NCBI GenBank assembly: GCA_030149205.1
Contig: JASBSB010000007.1
Span: forward strand, 600,001-632,000
Reading direction: 5' to 3'
DNA length: 32,000 nt
Origin: Candidatus Heimdallarchaeota archaeon
Lineage (GTDB): Archaea; Asgardarchaeota; Heimdallarchaeia; Heimdallarchaeales; Kariarchaeaceae
The translations under genes were made by a program, and so were the position numbers. Under the pieces are notes generated by a model, which was not told where the DNA came from, searched no databases, and saw nothing but the letters and a program-made list of their open reading frames with translations. Within the stretch, counting starts at the first letter, position 1. Every line of letters starts with the position of its first letter. Below, piece after piece: positions 27,687 to 32,000 of this stretch.

Positions 27687-30600
27687 GTGAAAATTAAGAA
27701 TCAAGTCAAGCGGCAACAGATTCTCTTTCAGGAGTATACCGAAAATAAATTGATTGGTGTAGATGAATCAGGAAAATCACACAAATTTTCAATTGATGAC
27801 CCGTGGGTAGAATTTCTAAAATATTTAGAACCCTTTGACATATTGTTAATTGAACATGTGGGAGGTAGGGTGGATAACAGAGGTTTTATGGTAATTGAAC
27901 CACACTATTTGGTCGCAGTAACAAGTGTTATTGATTCTATTACTTGCCCAAGGAAGGTTTATGTCAAATCACTGGGTGCTGATCAATTAATGGATGCAAA
28001 TATAAGGAAGAGAGTGGTTGAGGGTAATTTACTGCATGACGTTTTTTCTAAACTCGTTGCAACAGATATGGATGTTGAATCTGCCATAGATTCAACATTA
28101 GCGCATTCAGAGCTTGATTTGCTACATTTACAGATAGAAAAAGATGAGGCTCATGATTACCTTCAAAAAGATACTGGACCTCTAAGTGGGCTAAGTATCC
28201 GTGGAGATACTGAACTAGACTGTCAAAATTGGCATCTGGGATTACACGGGAAGTTTGATGGAATCTCAGGGAACCAAATCATTGAGTTGAAATCATCCAA
28301 GATACCTCAAACAACACCTTGGCCAAGTCATAATATTCAAATGAACATGTACACCCAGATGATGAAAAAAAGGGGTGTTTATACAGGAAGTGTCCTATAT
28401 ATAAATGATGGTGAGATGGGTTTAAAACTCCCTACCGTATTTGAGCGAAACCAGAGCATTACAGCAAGAAATTACTCCTATCTTGTTCTGACAAAGCGAT
28501 ACACCCCTCCTGTCCTAAGAGGAGACAAACTTAAGGAATGTAGAACCTGCTTTGTTAAAGAAGGATGTAGAAAACTCTGTGCTGGATTGGGCACTCAAAG
28601 AGACTGTCAGAACTGTTATCATGAATTTTCCTGTGATAAGAACCTTTGGAGCTACCAATCACTAAACTATTTTAGCACCTTTAATTCCTCACTCTATGCT
28701 GAAGAGATAGGAAACATACGAGAATCTTACACCTATTCACGTGTTGGGATAAGAGATGAAAAACATAGGAAGAAACTACTTGAAAACGGATATGCTGTTG
28801 AAACAAGAGAAAAACTTTCAGAAAAATTAATTGATGGATATTATGTCAGTCAGTTTTCACAATATTCTACAATTCCAAGGTTTAGATCAGGAGATAGAAT
28901 TAGGGCTTACAATATCGGTGATACCCACGACTTTGTAACATTATATTACACTGCTGTAATCCTTGAAATAAACGATGAATCTATTATACTTAGATCAGAA
29001 AACTCTCTCCCCCAAAAATTGGCTTTAGTACCGGCTAACATAAGCTCTGTCTTACGTAGATCAAGATTTGCAGTATTTCAAGCAGTTCAGCAACAACAAG
29101 ATTCAATTTTGATGCAAATTATTGTTAAATCTTACTCAGAAAAGAAATTCAAACTAGAAGATATCAAAAATACAGACACTAAGATCATTGATCCACTTAA
29201 AATGTATAACAGTGATCAAGAACAGGCAATTCGATTCTCTCTTTCAACCCCTGATATCTTTCTGATACAAGGACCTGCAGGGACGGGAAAAACAAGTGTA
29301 ATAATTGAACTTGTGAACCAAATTCTAAAGAGGGGAAAATCAGTCCTTTGTACAGCATACACAAATATGGCTGTTGACAATATTGGTCTTAAACTAATAG
29401 AGAATGATTTGGATTTTGTAAGACTAGGATATGAATACTCTATCTCCACTGAGCTAAGAGATCATATAATATCAAATAGAAGAGAATACTATTCAGAGGT
29501 TATTCAAAACAAAGGTGGATATGTCGTCCTCTCAACAACAAGTACAATTGCACGTGATGTGTTCCAAGATTTACGTTTTGACTATGTAATCATCGATGAA
29601 GCAGCTCAGATGACTGAACCAGACAGTATTAAACCAATTTTATTAAGTGAAAAAGCAATTTTTGTTGGTGATCATGCACAATTACAACCTATAATTTCAT
29701 CTCAAGAAGCTCTTGATAAAGGGTTACAGATCTCTCTTTTTGAAAGACTAGTGAATCAGTTTCCGAATAGATATTCACTGTTGTCCTATCAATACAGAAT
29801 GAACGATGAGATTCTAAGTTTTCCCAACCATAGATTTTATGAGGGGAAACTCAAATCTGCGTCTGTAGAAATTGGACATAAGATGCTCAACCTACCAGAA
29901 AAACTGCAGACGATAGAAAAGAACAATGCATATCAGGTGTTTTCTGTAAGTCAAGAATCCAATGGCACTATCTCACAAATTAATCTCGCAGAAATTGCCA
30001 TTGTTATTAAGATTTTGTACGACCTTATTGTTTTGAGTGAACTTGACCCAACAGAAATAGGGATAATAACTCCTTTCAGAGCGCAGGTTGCAAAACTTAG
30101 GTCATTTCTCCCAAAATCTTTGATTAAAATAGATACCGTGGACAGATTTCAAGGATCAGAGAAACCAGTAATAATTTTCTCGACAATCACAAGTTTAGAG
30201 GTTCCCATTTTAACAGATGAAAGACGTTTAAATGTGGCTTTAACGAGAGCTCAAAAACTATTGACACCAATTGTTACTAACCCCACAATAACAGGTAAAA
30301 CAAGTATCATTCAAGAATTATATGCAGATGCGAAACTGAGGGGACTGGTAACTTCAGAATTTGGTTCTGATGTTCTGGATGAGTCATTGCTTAACACACA
30401 ACTCCAAGAAATTTGGGCTAGTTGCGGCTTATCTAGGGATCCAGTTTCCAGATTTAGACTTGAACTTGAAGTCTCATCAGTAAAGATAAACTCAATTGAT
30501 GTTTTCTTCGACTCGATCCAATTAATTATAGAACAACTTTCCACCCCTGAAACCTGTATGATCTGTTTTAGTGAAACGGATAATGCAGTTTCCTGTCCTG

Positions 30601-30695
30601 GGTGCTTGAACTATTACCATCAAGAGCACCTAATTACGTGGCTTCAATCCAAACCATTCTGTCCAGTGTGTAAACATCACCTATCTTTGGTGTGA
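27687..30695 (+). CDS. dna2: Dna2-like PD-(D/E)xK nuclease-SF1 helicase with C-terminal RING-like zinc finger
   Basis: Dna2-type EPHYLVAVTSVIDSITCPRK; nuclease GLHGKFDG...IIELKS...HNIQMNMY; CxxCx5C; SF1B motifs QGPAGTGKT, TAYTNMAVDN, IIDEAAQ, VGDHAQLQP, YQYRM, TVDRFQGSE, RRLNVALTRA; C-terminal CMIC-x9-CPGC-x4-HQEH-x10-CPVC. Confidence 0.88.
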   Translation: MKIKNQVKRQQILFQEYTENKLIGVDESGKSHKFSIDDPWVEFLKYLEPFDILLIEHVGGRVDNRGFMVIEPHYLVAVTSVIDSITCPRKVYVKSLGADQLMDANIRKRVVEGNLLHDVFSKLVATDMDVESAIDSTLAHSELDLLHLQIEKDEAHDYLQKDTGPLSGLSIRGDTELDCQNWHLGLHGKFDGISGNQIIELKSSKIPQTTPWPSHNIQMNMYTQMMKKRGVYTGSVLYINDGEMGLKLPTVFERNQSITARNYSYLVLTKRYTPPVLRGDKLKECRTCFVKEGCRKLCAGLGTQRDCQNCYHEFSCDKNLWSYQSLNYFSTFNSSLYAEEIGNIRESYTYSRVGIRDEKHRKKLLENGYAVETREKLSEKLIDGYYVSQFSQYSTIPRFRSGDRIRAYNIGDTHDFVTLYYTAVILEINDESIILRSENSLPQKLALVPANISSVLRRSRFAVFQAVQQQQDSILMQIIVKSYSEKKFKLEDIKNTDTKIIDPLKMYNSDQEQAIRFSLSTPDIFLIQGPAGTGKTSVIIELVNQILKRGKSVLCTAYTNMAVDNIGLKLIENDLDFVRLGYEYSISTELRDHIISNRREYYSEVIQNKGGYVVLSTTSTIARDVFQDLRFDYVIIDEAAQMTEPDSIKPILLSEKAIFVGDHAQLQPIISSQEALDKGLQISLFERLVNQFPNRYSLLSYQYRMNDEILSFPNHRFYEGKLKSASVEIGHKMLNLPEKLQTIEKNNAYQVFSVSQESNGTISQINLAEIAIVIKILYDLIVLSELDPTEIGIITPFRAQVAKLRSFLPKSLIKIDTVDRFQGSEKPVIIFSTITSLEVPILTDERRLNVALTRAQKLLTPIVTNPTITGKTSIIQELYADAKLRGLVTSEFGSDVLDESLLNTQLQEIWASCGLSRDPVSRFRLELEVSSVKINSIDVFFDSIQLIIEQLSTPETCMICFSETDNAVSCPGCLNYYHQEHLITWLQSKPFCPVCKHHLSLV

Positions 30696-30871
30696 CAAAA
30701 ATGATTGCATTGAGTCTCAAATCAGAGGTTTTACATAGATATAGTTTATACTAATAGAAACATATTTGAATTCTTATCTAAATTTTTACTGATTTAATTC
30801 TCATTGTAGGTAACATTTAAATAAAGTCCTCAAATTTAGATTTACTCAAAATTAATTGAACGGTGTTATAT

Positions 30872-32000
30872 TTGAAAAAAAAATTTGCTATATTTCTGAG
30901 TTTGATACTGCTGTTACCAGCATCTGTAAGTGCAAACTCAATCGGAACAATGAATTATGATATTAATATCTCACCAGTTACCAATGGGATCAATTACGGA
31001 GTTTCAAAGATTGTTAGTTCTTTGAGAGACTCAATATTAACCCCACAGGCAACTGACCTTGATGTTATTATTGAAATGACAGGGGATAAGGCTAACCTCA
31101 AACATAATCTATTTAGTTTTGGTGGTCAGGTAACCCATGATTACCAGTTTGGATCCTTGATGGCAGCTACAATCCCAAGTGATAGATTGCTTGAATTGGC
31201 AAGAACACAAGAAGTTGTAAAAATTTACAAAAATGAGAAGATCTCCTTGGGAGAGGAATGGGCTATGAAAGGTGAAGCAACAACGTCTGAAATAAACATG
31301 GACGACTTTGTTGCCTCTTCTTCATTTGACCTTTCAACCTTGCCTGACACCTATGCAAACGCCTATCTGACAAACGCAAATCAAGTCTGGGCAATGACAA
31401 ACGCAGGAGCAGGACAGGTTATTGCAGTAATAGACACTGGTGTCCTCCCTCACTTTTTACTTGGTAGTAGATTGATTGGTGGAGTTGATTTGACTCCTGA
31501 TGTAGGCACTCCCTTTGAGGGATATGACAACCCGTATAATTTTTATCATGGTACTTTTGTTTCCACTCAGGCAGCAGCTAATGGAAGAGTCTTGTTTTAT
31601 GCTAATTCTTCTGTTGGACAAGCCTTTCTTAAATTTGATCCAAACGCTATGCTTAGAGCTGATGGATTGGTTCAGGTTGATTTGTTAGGTCCCGCACCTC
31701 TCGCTTCAATCTATGCCATCAAAGTTTTTACAGCTTCATCCTTTACCACAACAGCCATTATTTTAGCTGGGATTGAACATGCAATCCTGCAAAATGTCGA
31801 TGTGATTAACCTTTCACTTGGAGGACCAAGCAATATTCCTGGGGAAGACCCAATGGATATCCTAGTTGATGTTGCAAGTTCTAGAGGAATTGCTGTAACT
31901 ATTTCTGCCGGGAATTCTGGACCTAATCCATTGCAAATAGGTTCTCCTGGCACATCAATTTCCGCAATTACCGTGGGTGCAGCATCCACACCTGAACAAG
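30872..32000 (+). CDS. secreted S8 subtilisin-family protease (3' partial; absent from ORF track)
   Basis: Translated by hand: TTG start with GGTG upstream, signal peptide MKKKFAIFLSLILLLPASVSA, probable propeptide, VIAVIDTGV (Asp), YHGTFVS (His), VINLSLGG, ISAGNSGP (oxyanion Asn). No stop before base 32000; the catalytic Ser would lie beyond the window. Confidence 0.92.
   Translation, partial: MKKKFAIFLSLILLLPASVSANSIGTMNYDINISPVTNGINYGVSKIVSSLRDSILTPQATDLDVIIEMTGDKANLKHNLFSFGGQVTHDYQFGSLMAATIPSDRLLELARTQEVVKIYKNEKISLGEEWAMKGEATTSEINMDDFVASSSFDLSTLPDTYANAYLTNANQVWAMTNAGAGQVIAVIDTGVLPHFLLGSRLIGGVDLTPDVGTPFEGYDNPYNFYHGTFVSTQAAANGRVLFYANSSVGQAFLKFDPNAMLRADGLVQVDLLGPAPLASIYAIKVFTASSFTTTAIILAGIEHAILQNVDVINLSLGGPSNIPGEDPMDILVDVASSRGIAVTISAGNSGPNPLQIGSPGTSISAITVGAASTPEQ

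Noticed and set aside
27687-28640. Cas4-like nuclease suggesting CRISPR adaptation
   Set aside because: The nuclease is fused to an SF1B helicase in Dna2 architecture. I found no cas1/cas2 and no repeat-spacer array in the window.
31711-31989. 92-aa minus-strand ORF in the track
   Set aside because: Antisense shadow of the plus-strand S8 protease, which has clear catalytic motifs.

Overview
Archaeal chromosomal window, most likely from an Asgard archaeon (inferred from aIF-1A, two proteins ending in longin-like domains, an Asgard-style RING/Zn finger, and frequent TTG/GTG starts). Contents in order: a 5'-truncated secreted S8 subtilase with three 306-nt PPC repeats plus FN3 and Ig domains; an orphan aGPT-Pplase1/5-hmdU-DNA-kinase-helical family protein (normally part of DNA base hypermodification systems); a TPR-longin protein; a tightly coupled minus-strand purine operon (purC-purS fusion, purQ, purL, purE, purM, folD, purN, purF, purD); a polysaccharide deacetylase, a Zn-ribbon membrane protein and an MFS transporter; an ORFan pair resembling a toxin/immunity module; aldo-keto reductase; aIF-1A; acyl-CoA dehydrogenase; a 7TM-longin protein; ClC-CBS; ogt; DinB; a second MFS; a Dna2-like nuclease-helicase with a doubled Cys cluster and a C-terminal RING-like finger; and a 3'-truncated second S8 protease missing from the supplied ORF track. 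The best leads are the Dna2-RING fusion, the orphan DNA-hypermodification enzyme and the 7TM-longin receptor-like protein. I found no rRNA, tRNA, CRISPR array or transposase. All family assignments come from reading motifs by eye, not from database searches.
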